Virus record (IMG/VR): IMGVR_UViG_3300037519_000030 | Location: 1-34,645 of that record | Reading direction: 5' to 3' (one strand) | Source of the DNA: a virus | Taxonomy: Duplodnaviria; Caudoviricetes | Length of the DNA: 34,645 nt | Shown: piece by piece, positions 1 through 9,059 of the stretch | Layout: the number at the start of each line of letters is the position of its first letter | Numbering within the stretch: the first letter of the stretch is position 1 | Made by a program: the position numbers and the translations under genes | The notes under the pieces: generated by a model | Databases searched by the model: none | Seen by the model: only the letters and a program-made list of their open reading frames with translations | What the model was told of the DNA's origin: nothing

Positions 1-140
1 CTTTAAGTCAGGTAAACTCTTGCGGATAATTACCCACCTTGAGCCGCCGTAAGCTAAAGCCAAGTGAGACAAGGTAAGAAGTAGCCAATACGTCTTACCC
101 CCCCTTATACTTCCTCCGAATACTATCACGCGGTAGTTTG
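1..140. repeat. Terminal direct repeat, copy 1 (circular overlap)
   Basis: Matches 34506-34645 at 138/140 nt, with mismatches at positions 127 and 133. Confidence 0.97.
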
Positions 141-195
141 CGCTCAACGCTTGGTCGAATGCAATAGTCTGAGTCTTAGTCAGCGTGTAGCTCAT
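1..195 (-). CDS. terL: Terminase large subunit, 5' part (continues across the circular join into 34505..33423)
   Basis: ATG at 195 overlaps the upstream stop (ATGA). Translates MSYTLTKTQTIAFDQALSANYRVIVFGGSIRGGKTYWLL..., with Walker A GGSIRGGKT. Missed by the ORF track. Confidence 0.9.
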   Translation of the reverse strand, partial: MSYTLTKTQTIAFDQALSANYRVIVFGGSIRGGKTYWLLLTLSHLALAYGGSRWVIIRKSLPDLK

Positions 196-497
196 TCCTT
201 CGGCTTGCTCTCCTCAGTGCGGATAATAACCAACGGCTCACTGCTTGTTATGTTAGTGTCGTGAGTTTGCTTCGGCTTGCCATAAGCGCGGTCAAGCAGC
301 ACTTCAGCAGCCCTTACATCGCCCTTAGTAGCCTTAGCCCTTAGTGCTTTCAATATCGCTTCGCCTGCGGTGATGCCGTCCTTCTCCTCGCCCAAGACAT
401 CAGCCATTAGCTTATCCAATGCAGGTAGCTTGCGAGGTCTGCCTCCGCCGTTGTCGCCTCCCGTTTTTAGTTTGCCGCCGTTCCTACCTTCTCTCAT
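192..497 (-). CDS. terS: Putative terminase small subunit
   Basis: GGRPRK and KGDVRAAEVLLDRAYGKP motifs; translationally coupled directly upstream of terL. Confidence 0.75.
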   Translation of the reverse strand: MREGRNGGKLKTGGDNGGGRPRKLPALDKLMADVLGEEKDGITAGEAILKALRAKATKGDVRAAEVLLDRAYGKPKQTHDTNITSSEPLVIIRTEESKPKE

Positions 498-511
498 TTT
501 TTTACGAGCTT

Positions 512-1789
512 TTACGAGGTTATGTATTCAATTCCATTTCGCTTAACTTTAAGCGATGGGTCAAGTTTTAACATCCTATCAACTATTACTTGGCAATACT
601 TCGGGTCTAATTCCATCCCGTAGCATTTGCGCTTCAGTTGGTGTGCTGCAACCATTGTTGATCCGCTGCCGAGAAATCCATCTGCAACTAATTCTCCAAT
701 CTTAGAAGAGTTTTCTATTAATGGCGCTAATAATAAAATTGGTTTCATTGTCGGGTGTTCTGCGCTTCGGTGTGGTTTATCGCAGTGTATTATTGTTGAC
801 TTGGTTTTATCGCTTAACATTTCAGTTAGCATTTTTTTCATTTCGTCTTTGGTTAATTTATTTACATTTATAGTGTCTTCAATAACCGTTGTATGCGTTC
901 TTTCGTTTGTAAAATAATGCGCTGCTCCTTCTTTCCATCCGTATAGACATAATTCGTGTTTCCATTGGTAATCTTGCCTTCCTAATACCATTGTATTTTT
1001 AACCCATACTAAATATTGTTTTAATAAAAGTCCTGAATTTATCATCGCGGTTGAAAAGTTTACGGTTTCCGTTGACGCGTGAAAAACATACCAAGCTCCG
1101 CCCTTTTTTGTATAGCTTCCCAATGCAGTATAAAAGTCGTATAAAAATTGATAAAAACTTGAGTTGCTCATATTGTCATTTTGTATTGTCAAAGCATCTT
1201 TTGTTTTTCCTTCGTAATCTATATTGTAAGGCGGGTCAGTCATAACCATATCGCAAAGTTTCTCATCCATTACTTTTTGCCAAGTGTCAACTTGCGTGCT
1301 ATCCCCGCAAAGTAACCTGTGTTCGCCTATTTCGAATAAGTCGCCTAAAACAATATCGGTTTCTATTTCGTTTGGTATCTCAAAGTTATCTTCTTCTGCT
1401 ACCAATTCTATTATTTCTTCATCAAAAACTGGTAAGTCTAATCCCCATTCTTCAAGCTCATCTTTATCCCAATCATTGGCAAGCATCTGCCAATCCCATT
1501 CGCCGCCGCTTACGTTATCTTTAATCAAGAACTCGCGCTGCTGCTCCTCTGTTAAGTTATCTGCAATGATGATAGGTACTTCTTTCAATCCTGCTTCTTT
1601 GCAAGCCTTTAAGCGCATATTGCCGCCAAGCACAACCATATCAGTATTTACTACGATAGGTCGAATGGCAAGCATCTGAGGTAAGTCTTTAATTGACTGC
1701 ACCAATTTAGCAAACTTATCATCCTTAATCAATCGAGGATTGTTTGGGTTTACTTTAACATCGCTTATCTTAGCTACTATTGCTTGCAT
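512..1789 (-). CDS. ParB-like N-terminal domain fused to a beta-class N6/N4 DNA methyltransferase
   Basis: NPNNPR...GGNMRLKA (ParB-like), HRLLCGDS, DPPY, HPTMKP, DGFLGSGST, MELDPKY. Start moved to ATG 1789 to avoid overlap with the upstream gene. Confidence 0.9.
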   Translation of the reverse strand: MQAIVAKISDVKVNPNNPRLIKDDKFAKLVQSIKDLPQMLAIRPIVVNTDMVVLGGNMRLKACKEAGLKEVPIIIADNLTEEQQREFLIKDNVSGGEWDWQMLANDWDKDELEEWGLDLPVFDEEIIELVAEEDNFEIPNEIETDIVLGDLFEIGEHRLLCGDSTQVDTWQKVMDEKLCDMVMTDPPYNIDYEGKTKDALTIQNDNMSNSSFYQFLYDFYTALGSYTKKGGAWYVFHASTETVNFSTAMINSGLLLKQYLVWVKNTMVLGRQDYQWKHELCLYGWKEGAAHYFTNERTHTTVIEDTINVNKLTKDEMKKMLTEMLSDKTKSTIIHCDKPHRSAEHPTMKPILLLAPLIENSSKIGELVADGFLGSGSTMVAAHQLKRKCYGMELDPKYCQVIVDRMLKLDPSLKVKRNGIEYITS

Positions 1790-1793
1790 ATAA

Positions 1794-1928
1794 TTATTTT
1801 TTCTTTCTGCTCTTCGCAGCCTCTGCTTCTGCAATCGCTACTGCCTGCGCAGCAGGATATCCTTCGCTTACTAACTTGCGGATGTTCATTGCGATAATTG
1901 CCTGCGAGTCTCCTTGAAATAGTGGCAT
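1794..1928 (-). CDS. Small basic phage protein (44 aa)
   Basis: MPLFQGDSQAIIAMNIRKLVSEGYPAAQAVAIA...KKK; first ORF after the -7 box at 1951-1958. Confidence 0.7.
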   Translation of the reverse strand: MPLFQGDSQAIIAMNIRKLVSEGYPAAQAVAIAEAEAAKSRKKK

Positions 1929-1935
1929 AGTAAAC

Positions 1936-2247
1936 TTACTTTTTATTATACAAAGATATGTTTTTTGCAATATCAATCTGCTCTTGTGTGAGCTTCAATC
2001 TTACAACCTTGTTATACATTATCACATCAGCGGTAAGGTAGCCCTTATCATCGTGCCTAAGCGAGCCTATCAAGTATTCATTAGGCACTTCGACTTGTAT
2101 GTCCTGCGATGCTTCCATAATGCGCTGCATCCTTTCTAAGCCAAATCTTACAAGGGTATCCTGCGCAGTACCAGTCGCAGTGAGGTAACCTACGAAGTGC
2201 TCATCTTCGATAACGAAGTAGCCACTGCGCCATCTATTTTTTTGCAT
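1936..2247 (-). CDS. Hypothetical protein
   Basis: Fills the gap on the coding strand with a short overlap to the upstream gene. Confidence 0.65.
   Translation of the reverse strand: MQKNRWRSGYFVIEDEHFVGYLTATGTAQDTLVRFGLERMQRIMEASQDIQVEVPNEYLIGSLRHDDKGYLTADVIMYNKVVRLKLTQEQIDIAKNISLYNKK
1951..1958 (-). promoter_or_regulatory. Bacteroidota-type -7 box TATCTTTG (no clear -33)
   Basis: 22 nt upstream of ATG 1928, at the head of the methyltransferase/terminase/tail gene run. Confidence 0.55.
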
Positions 2248-2410
2248 TGACCCGGTATTGTAGTAAGTATTGTTTAATCATCTCTCTAACTTCCTCTTTG
2301 CGGCTTGCAGGAATCCTTACTGTAAGGTTGCAAGTTGCTTCGCCGTATGCAAACGGTGGTCCTGCACCTTCGCGCACTCCACCTCTACGTTCTATCTTGG
2401 TCTGTTCCAT
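2234..2410 (-). CDS. Small putative DNA-binding protein (RGGxRxGAG motif plus RHH-like segment)
   Basis: RRGGVREGAG followed by NLTVRIPASRKEEVREMIKQ; ATG 2410 lies just after a promoter. Confidence 0.6.
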   Translation of the reverse strand: MEQTKIERRGGVREGAGPPFAYGEATCNLTVRIPASRKEEVREMIKQYLLQYRVNAKK

Positions 2411-2416
2411 TGGATG

Positions 2417-2447
2417 CAAAGGTAGTAATTAAATTTGATTGTGCAAT
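2417..2447 (-). promoter_or_regulatory. Bacteroidota sigma-type promoter (ATTG-N19-TACCTTTG)
   Basis: Both elements present at consensus spacing. Confidence 0.65.
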
Positions 2448-2761
2448 ATCACTGCAAGAAATTCTGCCTCACTTCTTACGATATGGTATTCGTGCCCGAG
2501 CGAAAGGCAGAGCTGTTGGAACTTGACTTGCTCAGGCGACTGCCTGCCAGTTTCAGTCTTCCATTCAATCCAACAAGTTTTACCTTCGGGCTTTAGAAAA
2601 CACATATCGGCTACGCCTGCTACAACACCTAATGCTTTATTCATTGCGCCTCTTGCACCTCCTACGCTGTTATTATTTATCGCAAAGACGCGCCCACGTA
2701 GGTCGGGGCGGTTGTTCCATAAGTTTTGGAATGCCTTAGATTGGATGGTTGCTTCACTCAT
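2429..2761 (-). CDS. VRR-NUC domain nuclease
   Basis: SEATIQ...GVVAGVAD...WIEWKTETGRQSPEQ, a PD-(D/E)xK VRR-NUC pattern. Confidence 0.85.
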   Translation of the reverse strand: MSEATIQSKAFQNLWNNRPDLRGRVFAINNNSVGGARGAMNKALGVVAGVADMCFLKPEGKTCWIEWKTETGRQSPEQVKFQQLCLSLGHEYHIVRSEAEFLAVILHNQI

Positions 2762-3048
2762 ATTTGTTGCAGCTTGCTTTTAGGGTGCAACAAAAAAAAG
2801 GGGGTGCGACACACCTCAACACTTACAGCCTCTAAGGAAGTAGCTATTTGTTGCAGCTTGTGCCTAAAAAAAACGTACTTAGTACTATATGTGTGTGTGT
2901 GTGTGTGCATAATGTGTGTGTGTATATATATCTCTGTTATTATTAGATTATTAAGATGTAGCTGCAACAAATCGCTGAATGGCTTGGTATCATTGAGCAA
3001 AAGTGTTGCAGCTTTAAAATGAGTAAGCTGCAACAAGCTGCAACAAAT
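2761..3048. repeat. Non-coding repeat region with seven TGCAACA-core copies and (GT)n/(AT)n tracts; candidate replication origin
   Basis: TATTTGTTGCAGCTTG at 2761 and 2845; related copies at 2786, 2960, 3004, 3025 and 3035; dinucleotide tracts at 2886-2931; directly downstream of the primase-helicase. Confidence 0.65.
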
Positions 3049-5174
3049 TAAAGGCTGTTGAGTTTGTTAACATAGTACATCATAACAATTGAATGCCCTC
3101 TGCGCTTGCGGTCTTTAGCATATCCGAGCGATGTAAGGATTGAACCAATACGCTGAGTATTGAGATAATTTATTTTAGTATCTATCATAAGGTACTGTGC
3201 GATTTCGGTAAGCGACATCCACTCTCCGAATGCAGTTGTTGCAATTTCGAGCTTCTTATGTATCATATCTTCCTCAGGTGTTGAAAGTTTAAAGGTCTCG
3301 GTTGATTGGTTTAAAAGCGCGATGTCTTCCTTAAGTATGGTGTACTCAGCCCCTTTGCAGAACATCGCGTATAACTCGCGCCAAAGGGCAGCCTTATCGC
3401 ATTTATTGTAGAACTCATGGTTTATGTTCCTTATGTGAATTGGTATCTGCCTGCGGTTGCCAGTAGGGTCGGATAGTATCTGCGTTTCATTTGATGTGCC
3501 GCAGAATACTGAAAGCCTGCGAAGGTCGGTTGATACTCTGCCGTATGGCTCGCGCACGTTTATAAACTCTTTAGATGTTAACTCCTTAAGCCGCTTCTCC
3601 TCCTTCTTAGACTTACCTCCGTACTCATCATCCATAATGATCCACTTTTTAGTCATTAGTATCTCATCATCTTTGCCAGCATCCATCTTGCTCTCGGCAA
3701 ATAAAAAGCGCAGCTCTTTAGGTAGAAGATATCTAAACCAATGTGTCTTACCAGTGCCCTGCTTTTCACCGCAGAATATTAGCACTAATGGCGAGTGAAT
3801 ACCATAAGCGGAAGCAACGCAAGAGAGAAGCCAAATAAGAATAAATTTATCAGCGTTTGGAGTATCTGAGTCGATGCTTGAAAGTAGCAGCGCGATGTTT
3901 GGGCAGTCGTCTCCGATATGCAAGTCCTTCTCAAAGAACTCGTGTAGTGGGTTGTATGTTTGAATACGATTGGAGAATAGTATGGAGGTAATTAAGTCCT
4001 TTGTTGACTCTTTGAAAATGGCTTTTGAATCGAGGAAGATTGAGTTTATGTCGCTATCATCAATCGGCTTGTTGTTAAGCTCCACGTTGCGAGTAATAGT
4101 GTTTTTTCTCAGTGAAAATGTATTGACAAATACTGCTATGTCGGCACTTACGTTCTCCGATTTATATTTAATATCCTTGCTTACTATCTGCTTAACAATC
4201 TCAGCACTTTGCTCTTGAGTAATGCCTCCAAACTTTTCGAGATTTTTAACTATTTCCTCTGAGCCAACTCCTGCCGCACGTTGCGAAGTTGCCGAGCGCA
4301 TTATCTCTTTAGTCTGATTTGAATAGGCATCTATGCCGTTCTGCTTAGCGTGAAAGTAGATAGTTGCAATGGTTGATTTATTGCCTTTGCTTTCGCTGTG
4401 ATTCTTTAAGCAGGCGGTGTACTGCCTATCGCAATCATCGGAGTTATACTTGGAGGAGTGCGAAGATAAAGTATGAAAATGGTCGCGCCCTTGCTCGCCA
4501 AACTCAGATACAAGCGCATAGCAAATGGAAATCCAATCGCTGTAATCTTCGCAAAGGTTAAGCTGCTTGCGGTCCATCTGCGCAATCATCTCATCAAAAT
4601 CAGTTTTTACAACTACTACTTTGTTAAACTTGATTTCTTTTTTCTTGGGTAGATACTTCTTAAATACTGGAGCTTTGGTATTTTCATATAGGAACGGGTC
4701 GTATGAAGCAAATCGAGCGCGAGCAACATTCTTGCAGGACTGGTCGATTATTAGCTGATATGAATTGTAAAGGTAGGATGCGATGCCGTTGAAAGCATCA
4801 AGATGCCTGCTGCCATCAATTCGATAGATAACGCATAAGCCGTTTCCACTAATGGAAACAAAAACAGCATAAGTATAGGGGTCGTTGCTTAGGAGCTTAC
4901 GAGTCTCCTCAATATTTTCCACGTTGTCAATGTCCATTGCAATGAATCCTGAATGAGTGCGAAGCGCATCATCTTTTCGAGCAGCAAATGAGCCGCTGAT
5001 TGTTACCAGTGGAGCGGTCTTCTTAAGAAGGTCTCTGACTTCTTTGTTCGGAGCTGCTCTGCATTGCAGTACTATGTCTTGCCATCTTCCTGAGCGGATG
5101 CCTTCAAGGAAGGATGTTATTTGGATGTCAACATCTTGGTCATCTTTGATGTTCTTGTAGTAGGAAATCTGCAT
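3048..5174 (-). CDS. Primase-helicase (BT4734-like N-terminal domain, PriCT-2, VirE/VapE P-loop ATPase)
   Basis: SGFIAMDID and FVSISGNG; YSDWISICYAL...SSKY (PriCT-2); Walker A GEKQGTGKT; IIMDDE; REPYGR; GTSN; DPTGNRR. Confidence 0.88.
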   Translation of the reverse strand: MQISYYKNIKDDQDVDIQITSFLEGIRSGRWQDIVLQCRAAPNKEVRDLLKKTAPLVTISGSFAARKDDALRTHSGFIAMDIDNVENIEETRKLLSNDPYTYAVFVSISGNGLCVIYRIDGSRHLDAFNGIASYLYNSYQLIIDQSCKNVARARFASYDPFLYENTKAPVFKKYLPKKKEIKFNKVVVVKTDFDEMIAQMDRKQLNLCEDYSDWISICYALVSEFGEQGRDHFHTLSSHSSKYNSDDCDRQYTACLKNHSESKGNKSTIATIYFHAKQNGIDAYSNQTKEIMRSATSQRAAGVGSEEIVKNLEKFGGITQEQSAEIVKQIVSKDIKYKSENVSADIAVFVNTFSLRKNTITRNVELNNKPIDDSDINSIFLDSKAIFKESTKDLITSILFSNRIQTYNPLHEFFEKDLHIGDDCPNIALLLSSIDSDTPNADKFILIWLLSCVASAYGIHSPLVLIFCGEKQGTGKTHWFRYLLPKELRFLFAESKMDAGKDDEILMTKKWIIMDDEYGGKSKKEEKRLKELTSKEFINVREPYGRVSTDLRRLSVFCGTSNETQILSDPTGNRRQIPIHIRNINHEFYNKCDKAALWRELYAMFCKGAEYTILKEDIALLNQSTETFKLSTPEEDMIHKKLEIATTAFGEWMSLTEIAQYLMIDTKINYLNTQRIGSILTSLGYAKDRKRRGHSIVMMYYVNKLNSL

Positions 5175-6630
5175 TGTATAATTGTTTTAGGGTTGTTTTA
5201 AGTTTATTGTCGACAAGCTCGCGGTGGAAGCGGTTAAAATTCTTCTTTTTTTCCTTACACCACAGCCTCGCAATTTCGTGATTCTTTTTCTCGATGTGCA
5301 AGTAGTTGTCGGAATTTATTTTTTTTATGTTTTTTTTCGCCATAAATGCAACGTGCTCAACGGAAAGAAATAGCGAGCGGTATTCTTTATGATTTGAGTT
5401 CATTGCGATTAGCTTTTTGATGTCAACGCTCTCTGTCATTAGGATAAAGTCATCAATGCCTGCGTCAAGCACAATCTTTTTAGGAAACTCATAGCCGCAA
5501 GTGCAGACCATCTTCGAGGTGTGAAGCAGTGCTTGGCACTTTGGGCATTCTTTTACTGGAGCTATTCCATTTCCCGGCTTCTTAGGATTCTGAAAGATGC
5601 TTTCCCAATTGCGAGGTGATGCCCAAGAGCCATGCGTTAGGCAGTTTCCGCCTAAGTCGATGATGGTAAATGTGAGCTTCACTGGATGCGGTCTTGCACC
5701 TCTGCCGCACATCTGAAGCCATAAAGGCATTGATGCGGTTGCTTTGTTAACAATCACTGTTTCGATGTCGGGTTGGTCAAAGCCAGTTGTGGCGATTCCG
5801 ATGTTATTCAGAATGGCATCAGGAGTATTGGCAAACCATTGCAGGATTTCCTCGCGGTCTGCTGAGGTAGCATCGAGGTGCTTTGAGTTATAGCCTTGCG
5901 CTTTGAAGGCTGCGTTGACCGCTTGGGAATGTTCTACGTTGCAATTAAAGATAATTGTTTTGCGACCAAGTGAGTGCTGCTTGTAGGCGTTAATTGTGGA
6001 GTCGATGTACTTAGGCTCTTTAAACATTGCACCCATCTGCGCTTGGTCGAAGTCGCCTGCTGTCATTTTTAGCTTAGCACGTTCCACTATCTTGGCAGCG
6101 GAGTAGGTTTGCTCAGGGCATAAGAAGCCTTGCTCGATAAGATCAGGTATATCAATGCCGCAAACTATGTCAGAGAAGTAGTTGCGAAGTGGATTGGTCT
6201 TTTTTGCTGCCAGTGGAGTTGCTGTGAAGCCTATTATGTACTGCTCTTTAAAGTGGTCGATTACTTTAGTGAAGTTGCCGATGTGGCACTCATCAACTAT
6301 TACCATTCCAATATTGGTGAATTGATGCAGCCGCTTGTAAGCAGATTCCACCATTGCGACATATACTCTTGCAGGAGGAATGTTGCGCATTCCTGCGACT
6401 ACTTGCTGCGTTGGTAGGTTAATGGCTTTAGAGGCTTGTATGAGCAGTTCTTCTCGGTGAACAAGTATAAGTATATCCTGCGTGCTTTTAGCGCAGAAGC
6501 GGTCGCATATCGCAGAAAAGCAAACAGTCTTGCCTCCTCCAGTTGCGAGCTGCGCAACCACCTTGCGATGGCTGCGCAGCTTGTCGCTGATGTTGTTGAT
6601 AAATCGTTCTTGGTAGGGGCGGAGGGTCAT
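5140..6630 (-). CDS. SF2 DExH helicase (RadD/YejH-like) with a C-terminal Zn ribbon
   Basis: LRPYQ, ATGGGKT, DECH, TATP, TGFDQP, QMCGRGAR, CPKC...CTC. Confidence 0.92.
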   Translation of the reverse strand: MTLRPYQERFINNISDKLRSHRKVVAQLATGGGKTVCFSAICDRFCAKSTQDILILVHREELLIQASKAINLPTQQVVAGMRNIPPARVYVAMVESAYKRLHQFTNIGMVIVDECHIGNFTKVIDHFKEQYIIGFTATPLAAKKTNPLRNYFSDIVCGIDIPDLIEQGFLCPEQTYSAAKIVERAKLKMTAGDFDQAQMGAMFKEPKYIDSTINAYKQHSLGRKTIIFNCNVEHSQAVNAAFKAQGYNSKHLDATSADREEILQWFANTPDAILNNIGIATTGFDQPDIETVIVNKATASMPLWLQMCGRGARPHPVKLTFTIIDLGGNCLTHGSWASPRNWESIFQNPKKPGNGIAPVKECPKCQALLHTSKMVCTCGYEFPKKIVLDAGIDDFILMTESVDIKKLIAMNSNHKEYRSLFLSVEHVAFMAKKNIKKINSDNYLHIEKKNHEIARLWCKEKKKNFNRFHRELVDNKLKTTLKQLYNADFLLQEHQR

Positions 6631-6854
6631 TGGTACATTTCGTTGAAGTAGTGATTGTCTTGTTGAAATCCATTAAAATTTTCTTTTCCACCTTGCCAAT
6701 TCATTGCTCCAGCCCAATGAGCATCCATAATTTGCTCCTTTTCCATTTCTTTGGCTTGGTTAATTAAACTTTCCTTCCAACTAATATCAATTTGGGGGCA
6801 TTGATTTTCTATTTCTTGTACCAACCACTCAACTGCTGTTTGCTTATTTTTCAT
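6627..6854 (-). CDS. Small phage protein, KQTAVEWL type
   Basis: KQTAVEWL...QAKEMEKEQI; ATGA coupling on both sides. Confidence 0.75.
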   Translation of the reverse strand: MKNKQTAVEWLVQEIENQCPQIDISWKESLINQAKEMEKEQIMDAHWAGAMNWQGGKENFNGFQQDNHYFNEMYQ

Positions 6855-7063
6855 TTGCTGTATTTTTTATTGTAAAATTGTTCACCAACGGACTTTCCGA
6901 TGGAGATTTGCCCCCGAAAAATATCGGTTGCACACTCGTTGCAGTTGTCTATTATCTGCTTTTTATCTTTGCGCCTTGCCTCAGCAAATAGATGCGCAAA
7001 TGCTTTTGCTTGTTCTGACTTCTTGAGCTCGCTTATGAGCCAGTTCAATGCTGTTTGTTCCAT
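6851..7063 (-). CDS. Small phage protein, divergent paralog of the adjacent KQTAVEWL protein
   Basis: EQTALNWL...EARRKDKKQII...EQFYNKKY. Confidence 0.7.
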   Translation of the reverse strand: MEQTALNWLISELKKSEQAKAFAHLFAEARRKDKKQIIDNCNECATDIFRGQISIGKSVGEQFYNKKYSK

Positions 7064-7338
7064 TTTTCTATTGAATATATGTCTGTTACTGATTCATTAA
7101 ACTTGTATTCGATTCTCCCTTTTGCACTCCAACAATGCTCAACATAGCGCACATCTTCTGCGAGGGTAACAAACACAGTCATATTATCTGCGTTGTTATA
7201 AAACATCCGAAGATGTCTCTGATAAATCTCTATGTATCTGAACTTTCGATGCAGAAAGTAGTGCATCACATTGGTGAAGGAGTAATTTTCAAATCCTTCG
7301 CAGGACCAAGAACTCTCGGATAAGTTGTTCTGCGGCAT
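7045..7338 (-). CDS. Hypothetical protein (start uncertain)
   Basis: Only ORF filling the gap between the nuclease and the small genes. Confidence 0.55.
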   Translation of the reverse strand: MPQNNLSESSWSCEGFENYSFTNVMHYFLHRKFRYIEIYQRHLRMFYNNADNMTVFVTLAEDVRYVEHCWSAKGRIEYKFNESVTDIYSIEKWNKQH

Positions 7339-7852
7339 CGATTTCGGCTTGTGTATGTCTGTAAATAAAAAGTTCACCTTTGAACTTATTTGGCACTCCT
7401 ATATAGTAGAAGTTTGTTGCAGGAAAGCCAGTTAGGTAAGAGTACCAAACTGCTTGAATGTGATTGAAATGCTTGACCATATCGGAAGCAAAGCTCCGAA
7501 GGTTAGTGCAGGAAGTTGTCTTGATGTCGGCGTTGATTTGGAACTCAGGGCAGTGAATATCTAAAATGCCTTTTGCCGCGATAAGCTCGCCATCAATCGC
7601 GATGTCGCGTATGAAGGTTATCTCCTTTGCTGACCTTTCGAAGATTATACTAAGCATTGGATGCTTTGCGATTGCTTGATGCACTTGCCGAGCATTACTC
7701 GGCATCTCACTCGGCAAAGTCTCAAGCAAATTGCGGTGAAACTCTGCGCCTCTCTCAAGAGCACCAGCAGCAAATATTAAGCTGCCGCTGTAATGCCTCT
7801 TGATAGATGATGCGTTAATTGCATCAATGTTGTTGTAGTGGTCGCGTGTCAT
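7289..7852 (-). CDS. PD-(D/E)xK exonuclease, RecE/DUF3799-like
   Basis: YNNIDAINASSIK, GAEFH, KGILD, ADIKTT, QAVWY; start coupled to the upstream stop (TAATG). Confidence 0.75.
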   Translation of the reverse strand: MTRDHYNNIDAINASSIKRHYSGSLIFAAGALERGAEFHRNLLETLPSEMPSNARQVHQAIAKHPMLSIIFERSAKEITFIRDIAIDGELIAAKGILDIHCPEFQINADIKTTSCTNLRSFASDMVKHFNHIQAVWYSYLTGFPATNFYYIGVPNKFKGELFIYRHTQAEIDAAEQLIREFLVLRRI

Positions 7853-8136
7853 TATAAACTTTGCTTTAGCCAAGCATCAATTTCCGATTTTAAAAATCTT
7901 AACCTTTTGCCGCCTTTATGCAATGGGATTTGTTTTTTATTAACCCATCCGTAAACGGTCGCCTTACTGGGTTTGTCGGGGTGATATTCACAAAACTCAT
8001 CCATATTAAACCATTTATCTTCGTGTTGTTTTTCTGTTTCAATAAATTTATGGTGCTTTAAACACGCATTTACACAATCAATTATTATGGTAGATAATTC
8101 ATCGGGAGTGATTTGGACTATTGTTACTGCTTGCAT
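7852..8136 (-). CDS. Excisionase-like helix-turn-helix protein (HTH_17/MerR-like)
   Basis: SKATVYGWVNKKQIPLHKGGKRLRFLKSEIDAWL. Confidence 0.8.
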   Translation of the reverse strand: MQAVTIVQITPDELSTIIIDCVNACLKHHKFIETEKQHEDKWFNMDEFCEYHPDKPSKATVYGWVNKKQIPLHKGGKRLRFLKSEIDAWLKQSL

Positions 8137-8142
8137 TTTATT

Positions 8143-8355
8143 TTAAGGGTTTAAATTGGTTAATGAATTTTGTTGTACTCCTCGCGGCTCATAATGCTTT
8201 GGATAAGGTAAGCCTTGCTGACCGCTTTCGTATGCTTCGCGTAATGCGCACTTCATTTTCTCCTTAAGAGGTTGCGGCTTTTCGGTTGGCATAATTGTGT
8301 TGAGGTACTCAGTGAACTGATTGAACTCATCAACTATGTTGCTTAGGTAGGTCAT
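8143..8355 (-). CDS. Hypothetical protein
   Basis: ATGA-coupled to the upstream gene. Confidence 0.6.
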   Translation of the reverse strand: MTYLSNIVDEFNQFTEYLNTIMPTEKPQPLKEKMKCALREAYESGQQGLPYPKHYEPRGVQQNSLTNLNP

Positions 8356-9005
8356 CGGATTACTTGGGTTTTAACATCGGTTAACTTGATTCCTTTGATA
8401 GTCGTTGTGCCAGTAAGCTCCATTGCTTTAGGCAGTTTGCGCATTAGCTCGATTACATCGAACATCTCTGCTCGCATAATTGTCATAAGCACCGCTTGCC
8501 AATCTACTTCGCCAACCATCTCAGCTCTCTTGCTGATGCGGATGTTTTTTGTATGGTCGTTGCTCAGCGTTGTTGTGGTCATAGCATCTGTAAAGTGAGC
8601 CATTATATCGGCAACCATTCCTGCACCACTATTCGCAAGTGCTGCTTTTGCTTCGGCTGCAATCTTTAAATCTGCTTCTGCTTTGATGCGCTCAAGCTCG
8701 TTTGAGTATTCTACCATTAAGCTCTTGCGTTGGTCAATGAAATCTCTGAGCGGCTGCGTTGCTGCTTTTTCAATGTCCATTAACTGCTTCTTAAATGAGT
8801 CAAGCGGCAGAGTGATTGTTTTGCGGTGGGTTTCAATATGCTTGATGGCATCGTTAACAGTTTTGATTGCTTCTGCACTGGCATCATAGCTGAATTTGTC
8901 TTCTATTTTGGAAGGTACAGCCTTCATCATCTGCTGCGACTTAAGAACTTCCGCCGAATTTATCGCGTTGTGAAAGTTCGTAAGATTTTCTATATTTGTC
9001 TCCAT
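8352..9005 (-). CDS. Hypothetical coiled-coil protein in the recombination module
   Basis: 217 aa, helical Ala/Glu/Lys-rich, between the SSB-like gene and the exonuclease. Confidence 0.7.
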   Translation of the reverse strand: METNIENLTNFHNAINSAEVLKSQQMMKAVPSKIEDKFSYDASAEAIKTVNDAIKHIETHRKTITLPLDSFKKQLMDIEKAATQPLRDFIDQRKSLMVEYSNELERIKAEADLKIAAEAKAALANSGAGMVADIMAHFTDAMTTTTLSNDHTKNIRISKRAEMVGEVDWQAVLMTIMRAEMFDVIELMRKLPKAMELTGTTTIKGIKLTDVKTQVIR

Positions 9006-9026
9006 GTTTTAGGGATTTTAAAATTA

Positions 9027-9048
9027 GGGAGCGCAGCAAAGCGCCCCC
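9027..9048. terminator. GC-rich hairpin, probable intrinsic (possibly bidirectional) terminator
   Basis: Minus strand GGGGGCGC-TTTGCT-GCGCTCCC then TAATTTT; a T-run also follows on the plus strand. Confidence 0.6.
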
Positions 9049-9059
9049 TTTTTTGTTTA

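Noticed and set aside
512-1789. Plasmid-prophage partition system
   Set aside because: The ParB-like domain is fused to a methyltransferase, a common arrangement next to terminases; no ParA was seen.
2726-3036. ORFs 2758..3036 (-) and 2726..3022 (+)
   Set aside because: Their low-complexity HTHT/CVCV translations come from the dinucleotide tract, and they have non-ATG starts; the region is better read as non-coding.
2761-3048. CRISPR mini-array
   Set aside because: Repeats are at most 16 nt, in mixed orientation and irregularly spaced; no cas genes.
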